Below, in pieces: positions 17,040-25,280 of a stretch of 64,000 nucleotides of DNA (the stretch's first letter is position 1; every line of letters begins with the position of its first letter). The position numbers were made by a program, and so were the translations under genes. The notes beneath the pieces were generated by a model. The model had not been told where the DNA came from. It saw only the letters and a program-made list of their open reading frames with translations, and did no database searches. This stretch comes from a virus. Where the stretch lies: the IMG/VR virus record IMGVR_UViG_3300027985_001833, positions 1-64,000 of that record; one strand, written 5' to 3'.

Positions 17040-17749
17040 TACCCCATCTCTTTTGACATCCTAGTTCCCAATTCCAGCCTAAAATCACCAGGAGATAATT
17101 GCACGATTTTCGATTTGCCCGCCATCATAGAGCCTACGGTTGAACCATAAGCACTTTTCAACCCATCTATCGATAAATTCGTGGCAATCAATACCGGTCC
17201 ATTTTCATCATATCTTTTTCTAAGTATTCGCTCAATCTGCGTATCAGTATACGTTCGTTCTCTGCTTTTTCTTTTTTCCTTGCCCAGTTCGTCTACGAAT
17301 AAAAAATCGCTCGTAAGCATCCATTCCAACTGCTTCTTGATTTCAACATCATCGAATCCAGCTTTTATATTATATTCCAAATCCAGCACATTCGTGTAAT
17401 ATGCCGTCCTTCCACATTGAATTGCGACATTCAAGATGTATGAACCAAAAAACGATTTACCACACCCGTTATCGCCTGTAAGCACCAATCCATATCCACG
17501 TTTCAAGGCCAAGTTTATTGAATTTGCATATTTTACGATGATTTTTTTAAACACGCCCCTATTGTATTTCACCATTTCGCCCCGTGTGATTACAAAATCA
17601 CGTGGCAAACAAGCCGTGTATTGTTGGACGGCAATATTAAATTTAATATTGCAATCGCACCTTGAATTCGCGCCGCCGCATTGACAACTCAACAGATACT
17701 TTTCTCTTGCTGCCCTCTCAAACGTAGCGATATCATTAATTGTTCGCAT
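17036..17749 (-). CDS. DnaC/IstB-like AAA+ helicase loader
   Basis: GLVLTGDNGCGKS, LFVDELGKE, R.R, IATNL, DFR. Confidence 0.88.
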   Translation of the reverse strand: MRTINDIATFERAAREKYLLSCQCGGANSRCDCNIKFNIAVQQYTACLPRDFVITRGEMVKYNRGVFKKIIVKYANSINLALKRGYGLVLTGDNGCGKSFFGSYILNVAIQCGRTAYYTNVLDLEYNIKAGFDDVEIKKQLEWMLTSDFLFVDELGKEKRKSRERTYTDTQIERILRKRYDENGPVLIATNLSIDGLKSAYGSTVGSMMAGKSKIVQLSPGDFRLELGTRMSKEMGY

Positions 17750-17895
17750 CTCTAACCTTTGTTATTCCATCAATCAGTATACGCCAATATTACGCCTTGA
17801 TCATTTTCGATCAAAATCACATTTTGCATCTGCTTCTGTTAACTCTATTTCCATATCAACACTTAGAGATATGAAATAATCAATCGCTAATATCA

Positions 17896-18708
17896 TTAAT
17901 TACACAAATCCTTATATAGAGTTTTGGCTAGATACTTAGCCGCTTCAATAATTTTGTCATCGATAAAAACATCGCACCCCGATGCCAAAGCCCTGGCTGC
18001 TATTTGAACTGATAACAACTCTCTGTCATTGAATCCGAAATCGCCGTGCCTTGATTTCGAAAGTCTTGGTCTAATTCTGGGGTCCAATTTATTCAATTGA
18101 GAATAATCACTTCCAAATATGTTTTCAATCACATCTTCAGCCGGTCGCTCAATTTCATTATCATCAGCTTCAGCCGCAGTGATGATAGCGTATTCACTAG
18201 TCAAGAAAGATAGTGGTGGAATTTTCATCCTTGCTCCATCATATAAATTAAAGACCCTATTGTGCCAATATTGAAACAACTCAATAGGCAATAATTTTCG
18301 CTCTAAACAGGTTATAACAGCAGACACGATACGTTTTTTGTCACCTTCCCTAACGGTGAATTTACGCACTCTTTCGCTTGATTCGCCATTGGCCCTCATA
18401 ATTGCCTTCCTGTATCGCGTGTATAAACGAATAAATTCTGAACGAAATTTTTTTGTGATTTTTTCTTCGCAATCTTTATCTAATTTGATTATTAGCAATA
18501 TTTTTTCGCGTTGATTATCATCCAATTCAAACGAAATAACCGGGTTGCCGCGCTTGTCTAAATCTTGCCAAGGCAACGCAGGATTACAACTAATTTTACT
18601 CCCGCCTCTTTTTTTGCGTTCGGCCCAACCCTTTTTCAACGCCTCACTTTTACATTTTTTGTTATCATTTCGCGTTTGCAACATTGCCTGTAAATTGATC
18701 TTGGCCAT
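17896..18708 (-). CDS. Hypothetical protein, possible replication initiator
   Basis: Position directly upstream of DnaC-like and DnaB genes; basic N-terminus; no motif recognised. Confidence 0.4.
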   Translation of the reverse strand: MAKINLQAMLQTRNDNKKCKSEALKKGWAERKKRGGSKISCNPALPWQDLDKRGNPVISFELDDNQREKILLIIKLDKDCEEKITKKFRSEFIRLYTRYRKAIMRANGESSERVRKFTVREGDKKRIVSAVITCLERKLLPIELFQYWHNRVFNLYDGARMKIPPLSFLTSEYAIITAAEADDNEIERPAEDVIENIFGSDYSQLNKLDPRIRPRLSKSRHGDFGFNDRELLSVQIAARALASGCDVFIDDKIIEAAKYLAKTLYKDLCN

Positions 18709-18806
18709 TTTACACTAAACTTTCTTTTTATCAAGGGGGGGATTATGGGGGGGATTAATTTTTCTTTTATACCCTTAACTCTAAAGCTTATATTTTTAAT
18801 TACAGA

Positions 18807-18863
18807 CCTTCTTTTGCACATACTATTTCCCCTTACGGGGAAAATAGTATATACAAAAGAAGG
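18807..18863. repeat. Imperfect inverted repeat of about 26 bp with 4-nt loop; G7 direct repeats nearby (18735-18757)
   Basis: ccttcttttgcacatactatttcccc-ttac-ggggaaaatagtatatacaaaagaagg; gggggggatta x2. Confidence 0.8.
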
Positions 18864-18937
18864 AAAAATTGAGAAATCACAATTTTTCTTGTATTTTTTT
18901 TCACATATTTTTTTCTGGATGAAAATCAATTTATTTT

Positions 18938-19219
18938 TTACAACCTTACAAATCTATTGAAACCAATTATAGCTGCTCTTTTAATCAAAACAACAGTTGT
19001 TTTTTTGCCCAATCCATTGTTTTTACATTCAACGTAATTCAACAACTCCAATTCGCGAAGCATTTTATTACAAGTTGATAACGGAATTCCAATTGCGGCA
19101 GCTACATTGGCGCGACCAATCAATTGATGATCTCTTAACATCATCAATCTAATCCAAACCGCAAAAACGTTTCCACCCAATTCTTCAAATGCATCTTCAA
19201 TTTTGATGTAATTCGTCAT
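18938..19219 (-). CDS. Winged-HTH DNA-binding protein
   Basis: RANVAAAIGIPLSTCNKMLRELELLNYVE. Confidence 0.7.
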   Translation of the reverse strand: MTNYIKIEDAFEELGGNVFAVWIRLMMLRDHQLIGRANVAAAIGIPLSTCNKMLRELELLNYVECKNNGLGKKTTVVLIKRAAIIGFNRFVRL

Positions 19220-20652
19220 ATTGTTTTCACCTTCAAAATAAATGATGCCTCGGATTTGTAAATGTTCAACCTTCCTTTGGAGTGCTGGGCAAAATAGTGG
19301 TTGGTCATGTCCATAAAATCTATGAAAATGGCTTGTCGTTTGTTCTCGTGCGTCGTAAGATTTCTCATTCGTTGTTTTGTTGCCTTGACATCTGCGCCGC
19401 CTTCAGCGTTGATAACGCACACAATCTCAGGTATGTCAACGCCTTCGCCAAAAACTGTTCCAACTATTACATTGACTTCGCCATCCTTGAAGCTTTGAAT
19501 CTTTTCCCTTCTCTCGACCACGGTATTTTTTCCAGTTATCTTCCAATGGTCTATATTCATTTTACCAAGCAACTCTGATATTTTTTGAACTTGATTCAAT
19601 CGATTGGTGACGATAAGAACATTATCACCGGCGTCCAGTCTTTCCATTGTGATCTTGGCAATCATCAAATTCCTCACGGGATTTTGATATATACATTCAT
19701 TTGCCAATTCACCACTCCACGAATAACCAAACATATCTGGGGATTCTACTTTGTACAATTGAACGATTGGTTGTTGTAAATAGCCTTGATCAATCAACGT
19801 TGAAGGCGAGATTTTATACAATATGTCGCCGCATACCGCCCTTAGCCAGATGACTCCCAATTCGTTTTGTTTATCATCCTCGAATTCGACTGTTGCGGAT
19901 AGGCCAATGATGTGTGGCGCATCCATGTCGAACGCTAAATCTTGCCATGAGTCTGCTACTAGGTGATGTGTTTCATCGAATATCAATAGCGGATACTGCT
20001 TTTTCATCGTTTTGTATCTAGGATCATTTTTCTTTTTCGCTCTTGCCAATGATTGAACTGTCGCGACCGTGATGTTATGTTCGTACCAATGCGAATCTCC
20101 AATCATCCCAACATCAGTCATCAAAACATTTTCAAGGGATTCTTTCGTTTGATGCAAAAGCAATTGGCTGGGAACCACGAAAAGGGCTTTTGACCTTAAC
20201 TTTCGAATGATGCCAGCCGCAGTTATGGTCTTTCCACTACGGATGGGCATTACCAATATGCCCCTGGCCTTTGGTTTTGTTCTTTTTTTAGATGTTGTTG
20301 CGGCGTTGATTGCTTCTACCTGATATGGTCTAAGCTTTATTTTATCATTCCAACCATAGGATTTTTTTTGTAATTTTTTCGGTTTGGTTTTGAGATTTTT
20401 TATCTTATATTCCACTTCATCTTTTTCAAATAGACGAATGATGTCTTGTAACAAACCGGATGGACATCTGTATCCGTGCTTGTTACTGAATTTCAAAAGT
20501 CGTTTTCTGCCATCCCAAAAGCCCTTTTTAAAAGATTTGGTGAATTGACAGCCGGCAACTTTGTAGCTAGTAACGGAATTGATGTTTCTAATGAGACTTC
20601 TGGATGCGCCCTTAATTGTTACAAAATTATTTTTTAAAATTAGCGTTACCAT
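19216..20652 (-). CDS. SF2 DNA helicase (UvsW-like)
   Basis: LRPYQ, MPIRSGKT, DETHH, GLSAT, EGVDIP. Confidence 0.9.
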   Translation of the reverse strand: MVTLILKNNFVTIKGASRSLIRNINSVTSYKVAGCQFTKSFKKGFWDGRKRLLKFSNKHGYRCPSGLLQDIIRLFEKDEVEYKIKNLKTKPKKLQKKSYGWNDKIKLRPYQVEAINAATTSKKRTKPKARGILVMPIRSGKTITAAGIIRKLRSKALFVVPSQLLLHQTKESLENVLMTDVGMIGDSHWYEHNITVATVQSLARAKKKNDPRYKTMKKQYPLLIFDETHHLVADSWQDLAFDMDAPHIIGLSATVEFEDDKQNELGVIWLRAVCGDILYKISPSTLIDQGYLQQPIVQLYKVESPDMFGYSWSGELANECIYQNPVRNLMIAKITMERLDAGDNVLIVTNRLNQVQKISELLGKMNIDHWKITGKNTVVERREKIQSFKDGEVNVIVGTVFGEGVDIPEIVCVINAEGGADVKATKQRMRNLTTHENKRQAIFIDFMDMTNHYFAQHSKGRLNIYKSEASFILKVKTI

Positions 20653-20702
20653 AACGTATTATACGTGTTGTAAATTATAGTATATGAATTTTTTTAAAAT
20701 TA

Positions 20703-21182
20703 TTAGTGAATTATTATGAATATGGATAAAATGATTGCCTCTATTCCCGCCAAGGTCCAAGGGACCCATTTATATTTATTTTTCTTTTCCATTTTTAAAA
20801 TTTGGTCATTCCTTTTGTTATAAAGTTCTGAATAAAAATCACTTTTTGATTTGTTGTTTAAAGCCATAGTTTTCCATGAATTTGCGTTTTTTTCTGAAAG
20901 AATTAATTCTTTTTTCAAACTTTTAATTTCTTGCTCCAAACTCAAGGAATATGACCATAGTAGGTGATAATCGATAATAATGTGGGACAATTGAACGGCA
21001 CCATCTTTATCAAATCCCATGAATTTTTCACCAGAACATGTTGTGATCAAAAGTGCTTCAGGTTCTGTGAGGCGATTGCTAGGTCTTTTTGCTTCTGTTT
21101 TTGTTGAAAACGTTGACAACATCGTTAATATCGTTAGCGTTATCAATATTGATGTGTTTTTCTTGATTTTTTTCAAATTCAT
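20703..21182 (-). CDS. Secreted/membrane coiled-coil protein, possible spanin partner
   Basis: Signal-like N-terminus, coiled coil, C-terminal hydrophobic helix; overlaps the preceding gene out of frame. Confidence 0.45.
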   Translation of the reverse strand: MNLKKIKKNTSILITLTILTMLSTFSTKTEAKRPSNRLTEPEALLITTCSGEKFMGFDKDGAVQLSHIIIDYHLLWSYSLSLEQEIKSLKKELILSEKNANSWKTMALNNKSKSDFYSELYNKRNDQILKMEKKNKYKWVPWTLAGIEAIILSIFIIIH

Positions 21183-21483
21183 GTTTTCTTTCCTTTTCGA
21201 GTTTATTTCTTTTTTGCTGTTCTATTTTTTTTAATTTTTCATTTTCTTTTATTTTTTTTGTCAATTCGTTTTCTTTTGTTTTATATTCGTTTTCGATGAA
21301 GGAAATAGCATCTCTTGTGGTTTCGTCATCGTGCATAGTAGAGACCATGGTAAAGGTTTTATTCAGCAGCAGCCATGCTCCTGACACGGCTATCAGTATT
21401 ATAAGTGCAATCCACGCTATAGCCTTTTGCCATGATGATAATTTTTTATACCACATTAAAATTGATGATGGAGTGAATTCCAT
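21079..21483 (-). CDS. N-terminal TM plus coiled-coil protein, i-spanin-like
   Basis: IAWIALIILIAVSGAWLLL followed by a charged coiled coil. Confidence 0.5.
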   Translation of the reverse strand: MEFTPSSILMWYKKLSSWQKAIAWIALIILIAVSGAWLLLNKTFTMVSTMHDDETTRDAISFIENEYKTKENELTKKIKENEKLKKIEQQKRNKLEKERKHEFEKNQEKHINIDNANDINDVVNVFNKNRSKKT

Positions 21484-21498
21484 TTTAACACCACTTTA

Positions 21499-21828
21499 TT
21501 ATTCTGGAGTTGTGGATTGTTTTTTGCCTTCAAGTTTGGAAAGAAAAATTGGACCAAGTATTTTTCTGGATACATGTGCTGCTAAAGCAGATAATAATCC
21601 AAAAACAATTACAATCCCGATTTCACCATCTGGCCTAATCCCTGGCACAAAGGCGCCGCCCATGCATAAAGCTAATGATAAAAATAGACCAAAATTTTTC
21701 CAAAATTTAGTCTTATTGAGACTGCTATCTTTGTATGGTAGTTTACCTGCAATTAACATAATGGTAATTACGCAACCGGCCAATTGGGCCATTTCCGTGG
21801 TTACTAGTGTGGATAATAAGCCTTCCAT
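21499..21828 (-). CDS. Putative holin
   Basis: 109 aa with three hydrophobic segments and a charged C-terminus; located after the tail genes. Confidence 0.55.
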   Translation of the reverse strand: MEGLLSTLVTTEMAQLAGCVITIMLIAGKLPYKDSSLNKTKFWKNFGLFLSLALCMGGAFVPGIRPDGEIGIVIVFGLLSALAAHVSRKILGPIFLSKLEGKKQSTTPE

Positions 21829-21832
21829 TTGT

Positions 21833-22171
21833 TTACCTTTTCTCTTTTTCTGGATTTAATTCCATGTTTTTATTTGTCACCAATAAATTAATGATTGTAT
21901 TTATGCCGCCATCAAGAGATATTAATTTTGTTTCTTTTTCTAAAATTAATGCCTTTAATTGTTTTAATTCTGTTTTTGTTTTTTCAAACAATTGAACGTT
22001 AACTAGCAACGATGGAACAACACTTTTTTCAAAATTACTCGATGGTTGTTTTTTGCCTGAAATGATTTCATCGATATATTTTTTGATTTCTTTTTCATCC
22101 ATTGTTACAAATTTTGCGGCGTCTTTCATATTTTTTCGTGCTCTTTTATGAGGGAAACGGCTTCCATCCAA
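21833..22171 (-). CDS. Hypothetical coiled-coil protein
   Basis: ORF packed in the late operon. Confidence 0.5.
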   Translation of the reverse strand: MDGSRFPHKRARKNMKDAAKFVTMDEKEIKKYIDEIISGKKQPSSNFEKSVVPSLLVNVQLFEKTKTELKQLKALILEKETKLISLDGGINTIINLLVTNKNMELNPEKEKR

Positions 22172-22332
22172 ATGGTGTTTACGGATTTGTTCTCGTCCAA
22201 TTCATCAAATTCTAATTTACAGGGATTTTCAAACATATTACCATCTACAACACGATATTCGGCCCAAGCATTGTGTATGCCGCGAGAATCTCCTGTTACA
22301 ACTATTCTGAATTTTTTTTGTAATTCTCTCAT
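22126..22332 (-). CDS. Small protein paralogous to 22342..22557 (possible fibre chaperone)
   Basis: Shared GD...A.YR.V.GN...S.N..W...IK..E.I pattern. Confidence 0.6.
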   Translation of the reverse strand: MRELQKKFRIVVTGDSRGIHNAWAEYRVVDGNMFENPCKLEFDELDENKSVNTIWMEAVSLIKEHEKI

Positions 22333-22341
22333 GGTGCACCT

Positions 22342-22557
22342 TTATTCAATCCCTTCGTTTGATTTTATTTGATTGTGAATATTTTTCCAAAATTCGTTTA
22401 AAGATGTTGATGTATCCGGATCGTCAATAACCACATTCAACACTTTGCTAACTGCATTGCCTGAAACTATACGGTATGTGGCGTACACCCTAGGCGGGTA
22501 TGATTTTTTTGGATCGCCGCTCAAAAACAAAGTGACATCTTTTAGTTTTTTACTCAT
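22342..22557 (-). CDS. Small protein paralogous to 22126..22332 (possible fibre chaperone)
   Basis: Same shared pattern. Confidence 0.6.
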   Translation of the reverse strand: MSKKLKDVTLFLSGDPKKSYPPRVYATYRIVSGNAVSKVLNVVIDDPDTSTSLNEFWKNIHNQIKSNEGIE

Positions 22558-22562
22558 TTCAA

Positions 22563-23123
22563 TTACTCCTGTTGTCGATAGGCCGACATTGGTATGTTTT
22601 TTGATTCTTCCAATATATTTGGCACAATATCAAAGTGACACCAAATTTGATAACCATTTAATCTTGCTTTTTTAATCCACATTCTGTCTGGAGTCAACCA
22701 ATCCCCTGTATATTGCAGCGGTACATTTCGAAATACAACTGTTTTTATCAATGAACATCCCCAGCCGATACTAGCAGATTCTCTTGTGTCGGGCAATTTT
22801 TGTAATCCTTCACCATGACCTCTGCCTGTTAATAATATATCTTTATCGGACAATATCATTTTTATGAATTCGTTTGATTTTAAAATTACATCGGCATCCA
22901 ATATCAATACGTGTGTGAAATTATTTGCTAATGCCCAATCTATGCATTGGCTTATGGCTAAAAAATTGCTACCAAATTTGGAATCATGAAATTTCGTGGT
23001 GATAAAAAATTCCGTTTCGCATGGAGCCTTTAATAATTCACATATACCTTGTGAATATTCTTGGAAATATTTGGTTTTTTTAGGCCACCAAGCAGTTGCT
23101 ATCAATATTTTATTTTCTTTCAT
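22563..23123 (-). CDS. GT-A fold glycosyltransferase
   Basis: ILIAT..., FTHVLILDADV (DxD), IGWGCSLIKTVVF, PD...GYQIWCH. Confidence 0.7.
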   Translation of the reverse strand: MKENKILIATAWWPKKTKYFQEYSQGICELLKAPCETEFFITTKFHDSKFGSNFLAISQCIDWALANNFTHVLILDADVILKSNEFIKMILSDKDILLTGRGHGEGLQKLPDTRESASIGWGCSLIKTVVFRNVPLQYTGDWLTPDRMWIKKARLNGYQIWCHFDIVPNILEESKNIPMSAYRQQE

Positions 23124-25272
23124 TGTTTACACTTGATTGATTGATGTTTTTGATTTGTTCTCTTAGCTCTTGAGTTTCTTTTTTGTGCAGCTGATAGAGT
23201 TGTTTAATCGCGCCCAACAAAAACATAGTTGAATCGCTCAAATCTAAAAAGTGATCGCCTTCATCTGGATCTAATGCGCCTTTCATTGGCCAAGGTATCG
23301 TGGATTCATCACCTTTATTCACGTCATATGTTTTTCCGCCTTTTTCAATTTTCACAACTTCATTTGTTGGTTGATAATTTTCAATTAATGCTAAATCATC
23401 ATAAGTATCAAACGTAGTCAATGAATTTTTATACATCAAGTTGTTCGCATATACATAATCCCAATAATTCGTAGCGCTGCCTAGATTGCGTGCTGCTGCT
23501 GCATATGGTATGAAATCCGAAATAGTGGTCCCTTGTAAATTAAAACCATCTGTATAAATAGTGCCATCTATGTACAGATCATCCCATTCATAAGATGCCC
23601 CGCCTAGATTGTATATTCCATCCGTTGTTGGAACAAAATTGGCTGCGCACCCTTCGCCTGCATCTATGGATAAATTCAACGTGTCCACGTTTGCCACACC
23701 GTCTATGTATAAATTTTTCCATTGTGCCGTTGCGGCTCCAAGATCATAAATGTCATCGCCATCTGGTGTCAGGTTAGAAACCACACCGCCACCAGCTCCG
23801 CTGGCGCAATTCAATCTATCTATGTATGCTGTACCATCTATATATAAATCTTGCCATTCATAAGATAAACCACCAAGATCATATAGTCCATCCGTAGTTG
23901 GAACAAAATCGCCTGCACACCCTTCGCCTGACGCATATGACAAATCCAAAGTGTCAATATGCGCTGTCGCATTTATCCATATTTCATGCCATTGATATGT
24001 TGTGTTGCCTAGATCATAAATATCATCTGTAATCGGAACAAAATGACTGCCAACGCCTTCGCCGCCAACATCCGATAACACTAAACCATCTATGGTTGCA
24101 GAACCATTCAAATATAAATTTCTCCATTGATATGTTGTGTTGCCTAGATCATAAGCATTGTCAAATTTGGGAACAAAATGGCTGCCAACGCCTTCGCCAG
24201 ATGTTGTAGAAATGGTTAGCGAATCAGTTGTAAGATTGCCATCAAAATATCCATCTTGCCATTGAAAAATGCTGGAGCCTAGATCATATGCATCATCGAC
24301 ATTGGGCACCAAAGCAGTTTCCACGTTGCCACTGACGATTAAATTTTGTACACCAACTGTTCCTGAAAAATGGCCATCTTTCCACCTTTTGGTGATTGTT
24401 CCTATATCATAGGCATCATCTGTTTTGGGATAAAAATCCTGCCCCAAACCATCAGCAAATATATCAATCCACGATTGGCTAAAAATGATTTGTCCACTTG
24501 TATCAAATACGGTGGGCGGGTTCCCTGCGCCAGCACCAGTAACTGTGCCAACATAAGCATGCTCAGCAATCGTTGCACCAGAATATCTTTGTATACGCGG
24601 ACCCAATAATGCCACTTTATATTCCGAAGCTGTGGTGCTTGCCGTGGATTGGCCCAATATACCGGTCGTTGTGATTTGGTTTACGCCGCCGCTCCATTGG
24701 ACAGTGCATTCCTCGATTGCAATGGATTTATTGATTGCACCTGTTGCCGGATTGTTCATCCACACTAAACACTTTCTGCCTGCATTCGATACGCTATTTT
24801 CTGTTACATTTGTAACATTAAACGTTAGTGTTCCACCATTATCAACAACGCTATTTGGTTGAGATGATACCCCAATTTGATCCTGCCAAGATACATATTC
24901 AGGCTGACCATAAACCGGATTGATTTGAACATCAGTAGGTATGGCGGCGTATTTTATGTGGACATGATATATTACACCGCTAGCGTTTTCAAAATATAAA
25001 TTGGTATTTTCAACATAGGACGGATTTACGTCTAAAAAATGACCAACTCCGTCACATGCCAAACTCAAAGGATCGATCTTAGTCACTTGAATTTTGTCCG
25101 CACCATCAGCCGCAATGGTGGCCCCGAATCCTAACCACCCTGAAGAACTGTAATTTTTAGAATTCATTTCATATATTTGATCATTTAAATAATTAAAAAA
25201 TCGCGTACTAAAATCAGTAGTGCCTATGATTCGCTTGGTGGTAATTGCCAAATATTCTTTTCCAGTTGTCAT
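23110..25272 (-). CDS. Tail fibre with eight P..D..YDLG repeats and a C-terminal chaperone-like coiled coil
   Basis: Follows the baseplate genes; repeats of about 45 aa; LLGAIKQL...coiled-coil end. Confidence 0.75.
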   Translation of the reverse strand: MTTGKEYLAITTKRIIGTTDFSTRFFNYLNDQIYEMNSKNYSSSGWLGFGATIAADGADKIQVTKIDPLSLACDGVGHFLDVNPSYVENTNLYFENASGVIYHVHIKYAAIPTDVQINPVYGQPEYVSWQDQIGVSSQPNSVVDNGGTLTFNVTNVTENSVSNAGRKCLVWMNNPATGAINKSIAIEECTVQWSGGVNQITTTGILGQSTASTTASEYKVALLGPRIQRYSGATIAEHAYVGTVTGAGAGNPPTVFDTSGQIIFSQSWIDIFADGLGQDFYPKTDDAYDIGTITKRWKDGHFSGTVGVQNLIVSGNVETALVPNVDDAYDLGSSIFQWQDGYFDGNLTTDSLTISTTSGEGVGSHFVPKFDNAYDLGNTTYQWRNLYLNGSATIDGLVLSDVGGEGVGSHFVPITDDIYDLGNTTYQWHEIWINATAHIDTLDLSYASGEGCAGDFVPTTDGLYDLGGLSYEWQDLYIDGTAYIDRLNCASGAGGGVVSNLTPDGDDIYDLGAATAQWKNLYIDGVANVDTLNLSIDAGEGCAANFVPTTDGIYNLGGASYEWDDLYIDGTIYTDGFNLQGTTISDFIPYAAAARNLGSATNYWDYVYANNLMYKNSLTTFDTYDDLALIENYQPTNEVVKIEKGGKTYDVNKGDESTIPWPMKGALDPDEGDHFLDLSDSTMFLLGAIKQLYQLHKKETQELREQIKNINQSSVNNERK

Positions 25273-25280
25273 ATTTTCTC

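Noticed and set aside
17896-19219. Single initiator gene split by frameshifts at the G7 runs
   Set aside because: The three ORFs are in three frames, and an in-frame TAG just upstream of ATG 18708 blocks a simple fusion at the homopolymer runs
23110-25272. Diversity-generating retroelement acting on the tail fibre
   Set aside because: No reverse transcriptase or non-coding template repeat in the window; the repeats are internal coding units
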